64,000 nt of DNA from Candidatus Harrisonbacteria bacterium CG10_big_fil_rev_8_21_14_0_10_40_38 (GCA_002773535.1 PFAZ01000001.1:154806-218805); one strand, 5' to 3'. Numbered from the stretch's first letter, positions 10,683-20,461 are shown. The notes: generated by a model from the letters alone, not told the origin. Numbers and translations: made by a program.

Positions 10683-11735
10683 CTACCTCACACTTCTCGT
10701 AAGTTCATATATCGGCGTAATAAACGAAAGCGCAATAAATCCTACAATACCACCCATAAATATAAGTAAAATCGGTTCAAGTATCCCAGATAGATTTTTT
10801 ACAAAATCATCCAGTTCGTTCTCGTAATATTCAGAAAGATAAAAAAGATTCTCTGTAAGGTTTCCGGTATTTTCACCAACCTCAATCATATTAACCAAAG
10901 TTGGAGGAAATCTTTTTGAGTCATGTTCAAGATATTTAGAGAGAAACTCCCCCTTTCTTACAGCCTCACCCGCTTTTTCAAGCTCTCTTTTATATACAAG
11001 GTTATTTAGAGACGCCCCTGAAACCGAAATCGCCTCGATTATCTTGACACCAGATTTTAGCAAAAGACCAAGAGTCCTCGCAAAGTTAGCCATATTGTAA
11101 TTAATTATGGAATGACCAAAAACCGGCACATAGAATAACATTTGATGATAAACATACCGAATCGCTTTAATGGATAGGGCAAAACGCACAATTATAAATA
11201 AAGTAATTGCTCCAACAAGTAACCAAATTCCCTGATTTGTAACCACGTCAGATACCGCAATAAGAATCCTCGTCGTAAGAGGCAACTCTGCGCCAAGAGA
11301 GTTAAATAGCGGAAGGATTTTAGGGAAAACAAAAAGTATCATAGAAGTCGCAATGACAACCGTTGCAAATAAAATGACCATCGGGTAAACCATCGCCCCC
11401 TTCACTCGCTTTCTAAGAGTGGCTTTCTTTTCAAGTTCAACACCAAGATAAAGAAGGTTTTCCGGTAAAGTTCCGCTTACCTCCGCAACCTTAATAATAT
11501 TTATAAAAAGATCTCCAAAAACTTTCGAATATTTTGCAAGACTAGCAGAAAGAAAAACACCCTTATTAGTGTCATCAATCAAAGTCTCAAGAATTTTTTT
11601 GAAATTCTTGTTTTTTGTCTGTTGTGCAAACATTTTAAGACCATTAACCAATGGCACCCCAGCTTTCAGAGTGAGTGAAAGGTTTTTTGTAAAAAGTATT
11701 TTTTCTTGTAAAGGAACTCCTGAAAACAATGACAT
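10683..11735 (-). CDS. pilC: type IV pilus / T2SS platform protein (GspF/PilC family)
   Basis: Polytopic membrane protein with GspF-type repeats, directly downstream of the pilB ATPase. Confidence 0.8.
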   Translation of the reverse strand: MSLFSGVPLQEKILFTKNLSLTLKAGVPLVNGLKMFAQQTKNKNFKKILETLIDDTNKGVFLSASLAKYSKVFGDLFINIIKVAEVSGTLPENLLYLGVELEKKATLRKRVKGAMVYPMVILFATVVIATSMILFVFPKILPLFNSLGAELPLTTRILIAVSDVVTNQGIWLLVGAITLFIIVRFALSIKAIRYVYHQMLFYVPVFGHSIINYNMANFARTLGLLLKSGVKIIEAISVSGASLNNLVYKRELEKAGEAVRKGEFLSKYLEHDSKRFPPTLVNMIEVGENTGNLTENLFYLSEYYENELDDFVKNLSGILEPILLIFMGGIVGFIALSFITPIYELTRSVR

Positions 11736-11770
11736 ACAAAGTAAAAGTTTTTAGTTTTAAGTTTTTTTAA

Positions 11771-13039
11771 TCACTCATGAAACACCCTCAACACCTCCTC
11801 AATTGTTGTAATACCCTGCTTTACCTTATCGAGTCCATCCTCAAGCATTGGTATCATCCCAGCTTTTATAGCTGCATCACGAATCACAGAAGCGTCAGCT
11901 CTTTTCATTATAAGCGATCTTGTCTCTTCGCTGATTTCCAAAACCTCATGTATTCCAACCCGACCTAAAAATCCCGTCTTACCACATTTATTACATCCCA
12001 ATCCAACAGAGAGATCCGGTAGGTTTTGCAAAAACGAGTCCGGCACAGTCCCTCTTAGTGATTCGATCTCCTCCGGTTTTAGTGTTCGCTCCGCCCTACA
12101 CTCATCACAGAGCTTACGCACCAAACGCTGACCAATAGCAACGTTAATGGTTGAAGCAATAAGGAACGGCTCAACGCCCATATCAAGAAGTCTCGGAAGT
12201 GTAGTCGCGGCGTCATTTGTGTGAAGTGTTGAAAGCAGTTGGTGACCTGTCATAGCTGCATTTACAGCAATAGACGCCGTCTCATTGTCACGAATCTCAC
12301 CCACCATGATGATATTCGGGTCTTGCCTCAAAATAAATCTAAGTCCCTCGGCAAAAGTTAATCCGGTTCTCGAATGAACCTGTACTTGATCAATACCCTC
12401 AATAGAATATTCAATCGGATCTTCGATTGTGATTATCGAAACATCTCTGGTATTTAATTGTCCAAGTATCGAATAAAGCGTAGTAGTTTTACCAGATCCA
12501 GTAGGCCCAGTGGCCAAAATCATTCCATAAGGCTTCTTCATTGCCTTTTTTATCTTCTCGAGATTCGATGGAGAAAAACCCAACCTATCAAGTGTAAATC
12601 CTTGCGATTTACCAGACAGTAAACGCATCACGCAGTTCTCTCCATAATAAGTTGGAGCAACCGAAACACGAACATCGACAAACTCCCCTTCCTTAACCTG
12701 TAACTTAAAACGACCATCCTGCGCCGCCTGATGCTCGTCAGTTCTCATACCGGAAATAATTTTTATACGGGTAATAATCTCTGACTGCAGTTCCTTTTTA
12801 AAATTGAAACTATCGTGAAGAACACCGTCGATTCTAAATCGCGCGATTATATTATGTTCAGCAGGATCAATGTGTATATCAGAAGCTCTTGCTTCATAAG
12901 CATTTAAAATAAGCGAATCAACAAGTCGTATTACCGAAACAGCCGTCTCCGGAACCGAGCCTTTTTCGCCTACACCAGCATTTGACGCCTGCCCTCCATG
13001 CTGTGAATTCTGATTTTCCTGTTTTTCACGAATAGCCAT
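11771..13039 (-). CDS. pilB: type IV pilus assembly ATPase (GspE/PilB family)
   Basis: Walker A ILATGPTGSGKTTTLYS, Asp/His boxes, and a C-terminal CxxC...CxxC tetracysteine. Confidence 0.9.
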   Translation of the reverse strand: MAIREKQENQNSQHGGQASNAGVGEKGSVPETAVSVIRLVDSLILNAYEARASDIHIDPAEHNIIARFRIDGVLHDSFNFKKELQSEIITRIKIISGMRTDEHQAAQDGRFKLQVKEGEFVDVRVSVAPTYYGENCVMRLLSGKSQGFTLDRLGFSPSNLEKIKKAMKKPYGMILATGPTGSGKTTTLYSILGQLNTRDVSIITIEDPIEYSIEGIDQVQVHSRTGLTFAEGLRFILRQDPNIIMVGEIRDNETASIAVNAAMTGHQLLSTLHTNDAATTLPRLLDMGVEPFLIASTINVAIGQRLVRKLCDECRAERTLKPEEIESLRGTVPDSFLQNLPDLSVGLGCNKCGKTGFLGRVGIHEVLEISEETRSLIMKRADASVIRDAAIKAGMIPMLEDGLDKVKQGITTIEEVLRVFHE

Positions 13040-13112
13040 AAGTTAATGCCCTAAGTATAGCAAGAAGTAGGTAAATTGGTAATAAGTCATATAGAATATA
13101 CGTATTACCTTT

Positions 13113-14441
13113 ATGAAAACACAAAAAATTCTCTGGAAAACATTCCTTCTTGCAAACTGGCTAATCATAGGCCTTTTTTGGTATCAGGGATCTGGTAACC
13201 TCTTTAAAACAGGAGATTCAGGCGGTATTTTTTTAGCGCTTGGACGACTAATGGGCTTGTCAGCCGTTTATATGATCCTACAGCAGTTCTTTTTTATGGG
13301 TCGTCTCCCATGGTTGGAAAAAGTTTTTGGTTTGGATAATCTTGTAAAACTTCATCATAAAAATGGAAAATGGGGACTCGTTTTTTTGTTATTACACCCA
13401 ATAGCCATTATCGAAGGATACAGACTGGGCTCGGGCTTGAGTTTTTTTAGCCAATTCGGAAGCTTTCTAACCAACTACGACGACATATTAAATGCATTTA
13501 TCGGTCTCTCACTTTTTGTTATTGTCGTTGGCCTTTCATTCACGATAGTACGTTCACGACTCCGATATGAAACATGGTATGGAGTACACCTACTCGCCTA
13601 TTTCGCGGTGTTTTTTTCGTTAGGGCATCAAATAAAGCTTGGACACGATCTTCTCGCAAGTAAAATATTCTACAGCTACTGGATAGCGCTCTACTCGACG
13701 GTATTCGGAATACATTTTATTTTCCGCTTTGCTCGCCCAATATGGCTCTTTAAAAAACACGAGTTCCGAGTAAGCCGTATTGAAAGAGAAGCTCCACACA
13801 CCGTATCGGTTTATATTAGTGGAAAAAATATGGATTCGTTCAAAATAAAATCAGGACAATTCATGATTTTCAGATTTCTCACAAAAAAATTCTGGTGGCA
13901 GGCACACCCATTCTCACTTTCCATGGTACCGAATGGAAAAGAAATCCGCATAACAGTAAAAGAACTCGGTGATTTTACTCGCCATGTAAAAGATCTCAAA
14001 ATCGGAACAAAAATTATCATCGATGGCCCATATGGCGTATTTACCAATCTATTTGCCGTACAAAATAAAGTTCTTATGATTGCAGGAGGTATAGGTATAA
14101 CACCCATTAGATCTCTTATGGAAGAAATGCTAGAAAAAGGAAAAGACGTTACACTTCTCTACGGCAACAGAACCGAAAACGACATTGTATTTAAAAAAGA
14201 ATTAGAAGAGTTAAGCAAAAAATACGGCGCCCGTATCACACATATAATAAGTCACGACGAATCACACGCAGGAGAAAAAGGAACCATAGACAAAGAAAAA
14301 ATCAGCCGCCTCGTACCCGACATAGCCTCAAGAGAAGTTTTTCTCTGCGGACCGGCACTCATGATGGAGTCCGTTATAAAACATCTCAAAGAACTCGGCA
14401 CCGAAAGCCAACTAATCCACTACGAAAAATTTGTGCTATAG
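13113..14441 (+). CDS. ferric reductase / NADPH-oxidase-family flavocytochrome (TM heme domain + FAD + NAD(P)H domains)
   Basis: Multi-TM N-terminus with conserved His residues; HPFSLS FAD motif; GGIGITP NAD(P)-binding motif. Confidence 0.75.
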   Translation: MKTQKILWKTFLLANWLIIGLFWYQGSGNLFKTGDSGGIFLALGRLMGLSAVYMILQQFFFMGRLPWLEKVFGLDNLVKLHHKNGKWGLVFLLLHPIAIIEGYRLGSGLSFFSQFGSFLTNYDDILNAFIGLSLFVIVVGLSFTIVRSRLRYETWYGVHLLAYFAVFFSLGHQIKLGHDLLASKIFYSYWIALYSTVFGIHFIFRFARPIWLFKKHEFRVSRIEREAPHTVSVYISGKNMDSFKIKSGQFMIFRFLTKKFWWQAHPFSLSMVPNGKEIRITVKELGDFTRHVKDLKIGTKIIIDGPYGVFTNLFAVQNKVLMIAGGIGITPIRSLMEEMLEKGKDVTLLYGNRTENDIVFKKELEELSKKYGARITHIISHDESHAGEKGTIDKEKISRLVPDIASREVFLCGPALMMESVIKHLKELGTESQLIHYEKFVL

Positions 14442-14492
14442 AAAAACCGCATCCCCTCCCCGGAATGCGGTAAAAAACAACCTATTCATCCA

Positions 14493-15158
14493 CTAATAAA
14501 GTCCATGCCCTCGCATTATATTTCTTATTAAACCAGGATGAAGAACTCCTTTATGTCTTGCTCGAACATCTTTCCAAAAGCCCGCTCCCAAAAACAAGAT
14601 TTCAGGATTCTGTCCAATCATCCTGATCATTACAACACGATCAATCCTACAGGTATTAATAAAAAAAGAAAAAGTCGACCCACTTTCATCCGCCTCTCTA
14701 AGAGCGGGTCTCCTTTGGTTTGACTCTACGAACGTTTGAGCTATTTTCAAAAGACTCGATTCAAGTTCTCCCGCTAGCTCCAAGTCCTGAGAAGCTTGAG
14801 TAAGAAAGCCTCTTTCCTTAAAAAGAAAAGCGACGCCAACCTTGTCACACTTCGTGCGTCGTAATTCTCTTATTTCATTAGACACCGCTGTAGTAAGTTG
14901 CAAAGGAATAGCCACATCCAATACATCGCCCCCAAAACATATCCAAAAATCAATCGCCAAAGCATCTGCAAGTGACAAGGTTTCGGTCCTATAGATTGCT
15001 TTTTTCCCAAGAGAAACACATTCCTCAAAAGAAGTCACATCATCCGCTCGTTCATACCCAAGACTCAAAAAAGAAGCTAGAAAATTCTCCTCCGCTTCCA
15101 TCCCAAGTTGCATCAGATATTCATGATCGCAGTCGTTTCTAGTTCCATCATACAACAC
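14493..15158 (-). CDS. hypothetical protein
   Basis: 221-aa ORF with no recognisable motif; flanked by the repeat element. Confidence 0.4.
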   Translation of the reverse strand: MLYDGTRNDCDHEYLMQLGMEAEENFLASFLSLGYERADDVTSFEECVSLGKKAIYRTETLSLADALAIDFWICFGGDVLDVAIPLQLTTAVSNEIRELRRTKCDKVGVAFLFKERGFLTQASQDLELAGELESSLLKIAQTFVESNQRRPALREADESGSTFSFFINTCRIDRVVMIRMIGQNPEILFLGAGFWKDVRARHKGVLHPGLIRNIMRGHGLY

Positions 15159-15295
15159 GGCAATCTCCCTTCACTTAAACATGTTATCAAGAGTTCAAAA
15201 CTTTATTCAGCATAAATAAAACAGACACAATTGTCAAACCAACCCGCACAAAAAGTCTTTAGTTGTTAGTCGTCGGTTATTAGGCTCCAGTCGTC

Positions 15296-15454
15296 AGTTG
15301 TAAGTTGTCAGTCCGAGCGAAGCGAGGTCCTGAGTCGCACCGAAGGATTTCCTTTTCCTATTAGGTCATTAGTATTTGGAGCTTGTTTGTAATTTGGTGC
15401 TTGGAATTTAATTAAAAATTAGATCAATTAGTAATTAGAAATTAGTTTTAAGTT
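15296..15454. repeat. dispersed intergenic repeat, long copy B (related to 4621-4799)
   Basis: See copy A. Embedded between AGTTGTAAGTT/TAGTCTTTAG short tracts at 15250-15485. Confidence 0.6.
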
Positions 15455-15485
15455 GTCAGTTGTAAGTTTTTAGTCTTTAGCTGTT

Positions 15486-16232
15486 TTACGCCTGTATCCT
15501 CGAAAAGAAATAACTTCCAATCCAGATAAATGCAAAAGCCACAATCCCCAACACAGCAAAATCAGTAGCCAAACCAAAATAAGAAAAGTTTATAAGCAAA
15601 TGCCTCAAAGCATCAATTCCATATGAAAGTGGGTCAAATCTTGCAACGGTAGTAAGCGCTGACGGTAAACCCTGAAGTGGAAATAGTGCGCCCGAAAGGA
15701 AGAACAGCGGCATTATAAGAAAATTCATAATAAGTTGAAACCCTTGCATATCTTCCAAAAGCGAAGCTATGGCAGTACCAAGCGCTGTAAATAAAAGAGC
15801 CGTAAGAAACATCACAAGAAACGCTACCGGTACAAGAGACCACGCAAACGGACTAAAGCCAAAAAGCAAAGCGATAAGAAAAACAATTATTCCCTGAATA
15901 GTCGCCACGGTTGCGCCTCCAAAAGTTCGTCCAAGCATTATATTAAACCGCGAAACAGGCGCAACAAGAGTTTCTTTTAAAAACCCAAACTGCCTATCCC
16001 AAATTATCTCAATGCCTGAAAATATCGCGGTAAAGATAATACTCATACCTATAATACCAGGCGCAAGAAACTGTATATAATCCCCCTGTCCGGCTTTTTC
16101 AAAAATTGGTCCAAATCCATACCCAAGAGATATAAGATACAAAACCGGCTGCCCAAGAGAGCCGATTATCCTGGATTTTGATCTCACATATCTCTTAATT
16201 TGCCTAAGCCACAAAATATAAATTGTTTTCAT
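15486..16232 (-). CDS. ABC-2 family transporter permease
   Basis: Six-TM permease immediately downstream of the ABC ATPase. Confidence 0.75.
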   Translation of the reverse strand: MKTIYILWLRQIKRYVRSKSRIIGSLGQPVLYLISLGYGFGPIFEKAGQGDYIQFLAPGIIGMSIIFTAIFSGIEIIWDRQFGFLKETLVAPVSRFNIMLGRTFGGATVATIQGIIVFLIALLFGFSPFAWSLVPVAFLVMFLTALLFTALGTAIASLLEDMQGFQLIMNFLIMPLFFLSGALFPLQGLPSALTTVARFDPLSYGIDALRHLLINFSYFGLATDFAVLGIVAFAFIWIGSYFFSRIQA

Positions 16233-16247
16233 AATTTAGAAAAAAAA

Positions 16248-17066
16248 TTATCTTCTCTTTCCTCCGCCCCACATACGCCGCGCCATACGCATGTTATCAA
16301 TTGATCCGGCTTCCTCATTGCGAATATTTTTCCCAGTAAGTTCCAAAAATGCTTCTTCTAGATTTGAAGCGTTTGTCTGCGATTTCAATTCAGCAGGAGT
16401 TCCAGATGCAACAATCTTTCCATGATCAATAACCGCTATCCTCTGTGCAATTCTGTCAGCCTCTTCCATGTAATGAGTTGTAAAGAAAATAGTAATCCCT
16501 TCTTTTGCATTAAGATCCTTAAGATAACTCCACATGTGATTTCTTGTCTGAGGATCAAGCCCAAGTGTCGGCTCATCCAAAAAAAGAATCTTTGGATGAT
16601 GTAAAAGCCCGCGAGCTATCTCAAGCCTCCTCTTCATTCCGCCAGAAAAAGTTTTTACAAAATCATCACGCCTGTCATGAAGATCAACAAACTGCAAAAG
16701 CTCATGGATCCTGTCTCTCCTTATATATTTTGGAACATCATACAAAACACCATGAAGTTCAAGGTTTTCATATGCTGTAAGTTCGTCATCAAGACTAGGA
16801 TCCTGAAAAACGATTCCAAATGAATGTCTCACGGCATCCGACTCCGTTAAAGGGTTGTGCCCCCCAAGAAGCATTTCCCCGCTTGTAGGACGAAGAAGCG
16901 TTGTCAGCATTTTTATAGTCGTAGATTTCCCTGCGCCGTTAGGACCAAGAAATGCAAATATTTCCCCAGGTTTAACCGAAAAAGAAACGCCTCTTACGGC
17001 GACTGTATCTCCAAACTCTTTAACTAAATTATTTACTTCAATGATATTCATAATATTGGGAAACAA
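16248..17066 (-). CDS. ABC transporter ATP-binding protein
   Basis: Walker A GPNGAGKSTTIKML, LSGGMKRR signature, Walker B LFLDEPT. Confidence 0.85.
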   Translation of the reverse strand: MFPNIMNIIEVNNLVKEFGDTVAVRGVSFSVKPGEIFAFLGPNGAGKSTTIKMLTTLLRPTSGEMLLGGHNPLTESDAVRHSFGIVFQDPSLDDELTAYENLELHGVLYDVPKYIRRDRIHELLQFVDLHDRRDDFVKTFSGGMKRRLEIARGLLHHPKILFLDEPTLGLDPQTRNHMWSYLKDLNAKEGITIFFTTHYMEEADRIAQRIAVIDHGKIVASGTPAELKSQTNASNLEEAFLELTGKNIRNEEAGSIDNMRMARRMWGGGKRR

Positions 17067-17073
17067 TAATATA

Positions 17074-17808
17074 TTAATTTTTATCTTTATTCAAAAACTC
17101 AAAGACTCCATCCGCAATACCACGCGCAGAAAGCTCCGGATTTGAAACAATAACTCGCTGATCAAACGGACTTGTTATAAATCCTGTTTCAATTATTACC
17201 GCAGGAGTAAACGGATCCACAGCGTTTTGATACTTCCTCCAGTTAAACGCATAATAATTTTTCATCGAGTCTGTTATATTCGGGTCTCTCCTAAGGCCCG
17301 TCGCCTTTTCATAAGAATCATAAATTGCATCTTCAAGTTCCGGCGACTTCTCTTCGATACCCCTCAAAGGTGCAGACAGTTTAAAACCGGAAACAACAAC
17401 GCTGGGATTACTATCAGCATGAATCGAAACAAACGCATCAGCTCTATAAAGCGGCGGTATTGTTGTAGGAAGCACATCAACAATCACCCCTTTTTCGCGA
17501 AGCATCTCCGCAGCAAGGCGTGCGATTTTAAGCACAACTTCCTGTTCTGTGGCTCCACCACCCCTCGCTCCAGTTCCATGACCATGAAGACCGGAGAGTT
17601 CTTCTGGCGCTTCATCACTTTTTAGGTGCCCCGCCTGAATTCCAACCCTAAAAGCCCCAACATGCCCTACTACATCTTGTGCGCCGCTATTATTTTCACT
17701 CATATTAAAAACAGTCCCCTGCACACCAAAAAGACCTACCCCAAGAGCAAAAGATGTAAATAAAAGAAGTGAATGTGGTTTCATAATTACCAATTTATCA
17801 CCTGTCAA
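17074..17808 (-). CDS. N-acetylmuramoyl-L-alanine amidase (Amidase_3 family)
   Basis: Signal peptide; the FVSIHADSN motif is typical of Amidase_3. Confidence 0.6.
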   Translation of the reverse strand: MTGDKLVIMKPHSLLLFTSFALGVGLFGVQGTVFNMSENNSGAQDVVGHVGAFRVGIQAGHLKSDEAPEELSGLHGHGTGARGGGATEQEVVLKIARLAAEMLREKGVIVDVLPTTIPPLYRADAFVSIHADSNPSVVVSGFKLSAPLRGIEEKSPELEDAIYDSYEKATGLRRDPNITDSMKNYYAFNWRKYQNAVDPFTPAVIIETGFITSPFDQRVIVSNPELSARGIADGVFEFLNKDKN

Positions 17809-17815
17809 AATTGTT

Positions 17816-19276
17816 CTACAACTCCCCTAAATCCAACGTCTGATCAATCTTTATCTCCTTAACAAACTCTTTCATGTGACTCACCAGTATCATAGCTCCT
17901 TCGTATCTATTGAGAGCTGAAGCTATAACGGGAAGATGTCTAAAGTTGATATGGTTAGTAGGCTCATCGAGTATCAAAAGTCCGGGTTTTTGTAGTACTA
18001 GATAAGCAAAAAGTAAAAGACCCTTTTGTCCTTCAGACAATAAACCGATTTTTGCCTTGAGTAAATCCGAAGTAAACAAAAATCCCGAAGCAAGAGATCT
18101 AAGAAATTCATCAGTCATCCCATCTCCCGCAATATCAGCAAGAGTCTTATAAACCGTCGCATTAAAATCAAGCGTAGAAAAATCCTGCCTGTAGTAACCA
18201 ATCTTCACGCCTGTAGCAATAACTGCGCCCTTGGCTTTACCACTTGCAAGTTGTTCAAGCAAAGTCGTCTTCCCGATTCCGTTAGGTCCGGTGAGGAGCA
18301 ACCTCTCCTTTTTTTTAAGCTCAACTTTTACCTTCTTGGCAGTAGGTTTATGATTTTTTATAACCGAAACCGAAGACAATGTGATTATCGAACCGATAAG
18401 ATCTTCTTGCGTGGGTATCTGAAAATTTCTTATTGTCCTGTCTTCTTGTCTTACATCTATAACATTCTCCTCCAGCTCGCCAATCTTTTCCTTCATCTTT
18501 CTCGCAACATCTCTCATATGACCTCCTTTTTGAGCAAAAAAGTTAGCCTTCTCTTTTCTTTCCTGTATCTCTTTTTGCAACCTCGCATTTTCCCTACGTT
18601 CACGCTCAAGTCTCGCAGAAATCTCACGAACCACATCAAAATAGTCACCTGAATATTGCTCAATCTTCTTTGTAAACACATCAAGATACAAAACGCCATG
18701 AGTAAAAGAATTCAAAAAGTCCGCATCGTGAGAGATAACAATACACGTCTTCTTATACTCAATTAAAAACTTTGTAAGATGTTCAATCCCTTCCTTATCT
18801 AAATTATTTGTCGGCTCATCAAGTAAAAGAATATCCGGGTTGGCGATAAGCGCCTGTGCAAGAAGAAGCCTCGCCTGTTGTCCACCGGAAAAAGTTTTTA
18901 ACTCTCTCTCATGCGGAGCAGAAAGATTCACCACTTCGAGAACCTTATCTATCCTCGGATCAATATCGTAAATTTTTTCATCAAAAGCTTTTTCAAAAAA
19001 TTCCCTCACTGTTAAATCCATCCAATCGCGGGGAATAACCTGTTTTGCGGTTGCCATTGAAAGATTATTATCAAAAGTCACAGACCCATCCTCCGGTTCA
19101 ATCTCTCTGGTTATAAGCTTAAAAATAGTACTCTTTCCGGCACCATTCTGTCCCATAAGAGTCACTTTTGATCCACGCCGCAAAGAAAAACTCGCCTCAT
19201 CTAAAATTGGCGCTTCGGGTCCGTACTCAAAAGAAACGGAATTAAATCTCAAAATTACTTCATTTCCATTAGCCAT
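17816..19276 (-). CDS. ABC-F family ATPase (tandem ABC domains, no TM domain)
   Basis: Two Walker A motifs (GQNGAGKST, GPNGIGKTT), two signature motifs and a Lys/Glu/Arg-rich inter-domain linker. Confidence 0.8.
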   Translation of the reverse strand: MANGNEVILRFNSVSFEYGPEAPILDEASFSLRRGSKVTLMGQNGAGKSTIFKLITREIEPEDGSVTFDNNLSMATAKQVIPRDWMDLTVREFFEKAFDEKIYDIDPRIDKVLEVVNLSAPHERELKTFSGGQQARLLLAQALIANPDILLLDEPTNNLDKEGIEHLTKFLIEYKKTCIVISHDADFLNSFTHGVLYLDVFTKKIEQYSGDYFDVVREISARLERERRENARLQKEIQERKEKANFFAQKGGHMRDVARKMKEKIGELEENVIDVRQEDRTIRNFQIPTQEDLIGSIITLSSVSVIKNHKPTAKKVKVELKKKERLLLTGPNGIGKTTLLEQLASGKAKGAVIATGVKIGYYRQDFSTLDFNATVYKTLADIAGDGMTDEFLRSLASGFLFTSDLLKAKIGLLSEGQKGLLLFAYLVLQKPGLLILDEPTNHINFRHLPVIASALNRYEGAMILVSHMKEFVKEIKIDQTLDLGEL

Positions 19277-19439
19277 TGAGAAACTAATATATCACCTTTT
19301 TGACTATTTGAAAAGACTTGCGCTTTCCAAATAAAAGGATATAAAATAAATACCAGTCCAGAAAGCGAAAGCGGGGTATTGGTTGTTCTCCAACTCGTAG
19401 CCTTTAGCTTTCTGGGCTCTTTAGCTCTTTAAATCAATG

Positions 19440-19518
19440 GCTTAGAGTAGGCAGTTCCCCCTTCCGTTCCTTCCCAAAGGACGAGAGATTCGCCATAACT
19501 GCCCTACTCTAAGCCACC
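19440..19518. promoter_or_regulatory. long hairpin (18-bp stem, ~40-nt loop) in a divergent intergenic region
   Basis: GGCTTAGAGTAGGCAGTT...AACTGCCCTACTCTAAGCC; followed by a GGAGGGG SD and the GTG start of the 19537 ORF; on the other strand it lies upstream of the ABC-F gene. Confidence 0.3.
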
Positions 19519-19536
19519 AACAGGAGGGGTTTACAA

Positions 19537-19800
19537 GTGCAGAAAACAACACGATATGAATACAAAATCACGCTTCCTAGATGCCAGACAACAACAGAAC
19601 TCTGGCGGAAAAAAATGGCTTTAAAGCGATGGATAAGATGGAATGACCATGAAGCTGAAGTATTTATAGAAGAAACAAACCATCCAGTCGTAATTGTTCG
19701 TGTAAATCAGGAACTCGTCGAAATGTTTGAGTCTGGGAAAAACCCAAACCCAAGACTCATAGCATCAATCGAGGAAAACACCGAACAAGTCGAAGACTGA
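19537..19800 (+). CDS. hypothetical small protein
   Basis: GTG start with a GGAGGGG SD; followed by a clean terminator. Confidence 0.4.
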   Translation: MQKTTRYEYKITLPRCQTTTELWRKKMALKRWIRWNDHEAEVFIEETNHPVVIVRVNQELVEMFESGKNPNPRLIASIEENTEQVED

Positions 19801-19825
19801 AAACAGCCCCCCCTTAAAAACCAAC

Positions 19826-19862
19826 GACACCCGACCTAATACAAGGCTCGGGTGTTTTTTAA
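19826..19862 (+). terminator. rho-independent terminator
   Basis: CACCCGAGCCttgtattaGGTCGGGTG-like stem (ACACCCGACC...GGCTCGGGTG) followed by TTTTTT. Confidence 0.6.
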
Positions 19863-19876
19863 AAACAAAAACCACT

Positions 19877-20143
19877 CTACTCTACATACATCTGGTGCAC
19901 ATAACACCACCTCCATTTTTCCGGAGAACCAAAAGACTCAATTATTGGATGGCTTGTTCCACTAAAATGCGCCGCCGCGTGTTTATTTTTTGAAGACTCA
20001 CAACAACCAACATGTCCGCAATGAAGACAAAGCCTTAGATTCATCCACCCGTCGCCCGAAACCAAACACTCCTCGCATCCATTAGGAGTTTTTGGTGATA
20101 CACTTTCCGCAATCTGCGAAAGATGAACGCACGTATCCGGCAT
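19877..20143 (-). CDS. stand-alone UBP-type zinc-finger (zf-UBP) protein
   Basis: 88 aa with a C/H arrangement (CEEC...WMNLRLCLHCGHVGCC...H...H...H) matching the zf-UBP pattern. Confidence 0.55.
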   Translation of the reverse strand: MPDTCVHLSQIAESVSPKTPNGCEECLVSGDGWMNLRLCLHCGHVGCCESSKNKHAAAHFSGTSHPIIESFGSPEKWRWCYVHQMYVE

Positions 20144-20146
20144 ATA

Positions 20147-20461
20147 TTATTTCTTCATCCAGACAGCGAGAAGATACAACCCAAGCACAACACCCAAGAT
20201 TACGAGCGGTACCGCATATGGCAGAAATACATTTGACCACGAAGCTCCGATAGCGATACCGATAGAAACGAGCGCCAGCTTCAGTAGACCTATCTGCCAC
20301 CACGTATAAGTTGACCGTTTAAAAATACTCATGTCTAAATTATAGAAGAAAAGAAAATTTAAAAGAAGTATCAACAGTGGAAAACTCTCTCTATTTACAA
20401 AACTAACCAAAAGGAGTATAATAAAAAAGGATTTATTTGGCACTTCGTCAAATAAAATCAC
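20147..20461 (-). CDS. small membrane protein
   Basis: 104 aa with three predicted TM helices. Confidence 0.4.
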   Translation of the reverse strand: MILFDEVPNKSFFIILLLVSFVNRESFPLLILLLNFLFFYNLDMSIFKRSTYTWWQIGLLKLALVSIGIAIGASWSNVFLPYAVPLVILGVVLGLYLLAVWMKK

